Shown here: positions 63,249 to 64,000 of the stretch, in pieces
Position numbering within the stretch: position 1 is the stretch's first letter
Layout: each line of letters starts with the position of its first letter
Assembly: GCA_977862235.1 (NCBI GenBank)
Contig: OZ374562.1
Location: forward strand, 2,666,001-2,730,000
DNA from: Dudresnaya verticillata
Taxonomy: Eukaryota
DNA: 64,000 nt
Reading direction: 5' to 3'
Translations under genes and position numbers: made by a program
The notes under the pieces: model-generated
What the model was told of the DNA's origin: nothing
Databases searched by the model: none
The model's input: the letters and a program-made list of their open reading frames with translations, nothing else

Positions 63249-64000
63249 ATGGACACCACACAACAGGTCCAAAATTTACAGAATCAAGTAGCCGCCTTAC
63301 AGCAACAGCTTGGACAGGCTAACCAGACCTTGCAAGAAGCAACACAGACATATCAAAATGTGACGCAATCAAACATCGGCAATAACCTAAGAACGGGTAA
63401 ACCTGATAAGTTCAGAGGTAAATTTGCTCGGAGTTGGGTTAAAAGCCTTGAAAATATTTTCAATAGCCAGAACAATCCTGTAACTGAAGATAAAAAGGTT
63501 AAGTATGCCGTAAGCTATATGACTGGTGCTGCAATACAATGGTGGGAGTTAATAAGTTTAAATAACATTGATATACCAACATTTGAGGTATTTAAGACTA
63601 AATTGTTGGAACACTTTGAATCTGTAAACAGAGAGTTGAATGCACGTAAGATGCAAAATGAATTAAAACAAATGGGAAGCCTCAACACAGTTAGAAAATA
63701 CAACCAAGAGTTCTCTAAGTGGTTGTTACAAATACCGAGCATGGCTCCAGCAGAACAGATATTTCACTACAGTCAGGGCCTGGAACACAGGACCAGGGTG
63801 GAAGTGGAAAGGGCTTACCCCAATACCGTACAAGAAGCTATGCAAATAGCGGATAGACTAGACAGTCTATATACTCCACGATTTGGGGGCAATGGTTTCC
63901 GCAATGGAAATGGAAATGGAAACCCATCAGATGGGCCAGTACCTATGCAGATTGGAATAATACCCCAGAGACGAGGAAATCGCCTATCACCAGCAGAATG
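63249..64000 (+). CDS. gag: Gypsy-E gag (runs off the window end)
   Basis: Own translation from ATG 63249: KPDKFRG...YAVSYMTGAAIQWW...LKQMGSLNTVRKYNQEF...YSQGL...GPVPMQIG. Confidence 0.9.
   Translation, partial: MDTTQQVQNLQNQVAALQQQLGQANQTLQEATQTYQNVTQSNIGNNLRTGKPDKFRGKFARSWVKSLENIFNSQNNPVTEDKKVKYAVSYMTGAAIQWWELISLNNIDIPTFEVFKTKLLEHFESVNRELNARKMQNELKQMGSLNTVRKYNQEFSKWLLQIPSMAPAEQIFHYSQGLEHRTRVEVERAYPNTVQEAMQIADRLDSLYTPRFGGNGFRNGNGNGNPSDGPVPMQIGIIPQRRGNRLSPAE

Larger units (their letters stand above)
61759..64000 (+). mobile_element. 5' end of AT-rich Gypsy element E (putative LTR 61759-62549, PBS-like TGGTACC at 62553)
   Basis: Composition shift, TGTC...GACA ends, TGG 3 nt later, downstream gag. 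The LTR start cannot be confirmed without a partner LTR. Confidence 0.65.

Overview
This window is eukaryotic, transposon-saturated DNA with no intact host gene. A red alga is a tentative guess from the TE styles. Nearly all 64 kb resolves into nested insertions, most confirmed by target-site duplications (TSDs) read from the sequence. A LINE is split by Gypsy-A (1487-11009, TSD CCAAC) and cut by Gypsy-B (from 11471). Gypsy-B hosts a full-length Copia (12217-19344) and a 14-kb Sola-like DNA transposon (20466-34459, ~1.1-kb TIRs, TSD CGGA). Gypsy-C (39832-61179) carries a solo LTR and the full-length Gypsy-D (48304-60735). A pogo-like fragment and the 5' end of Gypsy-E close the window. Most ORFs are decayed. 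Four things stand out. (1) The DNA transposon encodes a ParB-fused, DPPY-type (beta-class) DNA amino-methyltransferase that shares a ~100-aa domain with the transposase N-terminus. (2) Three independent copies of the 10-bp palindrome TGTGGCCACA are each flanked by a 5-bp TSD, like an LTR element reduced to its two 5-bp termini. (3) Three different Gypsy families carry a homologous antisense ORF of unknown function. (4) Gypsy-E has an ORF with two matrin/JAZ-type zinc fingers upstream of gag. All protein assignments are by-eye motif recognition; no searches were run.
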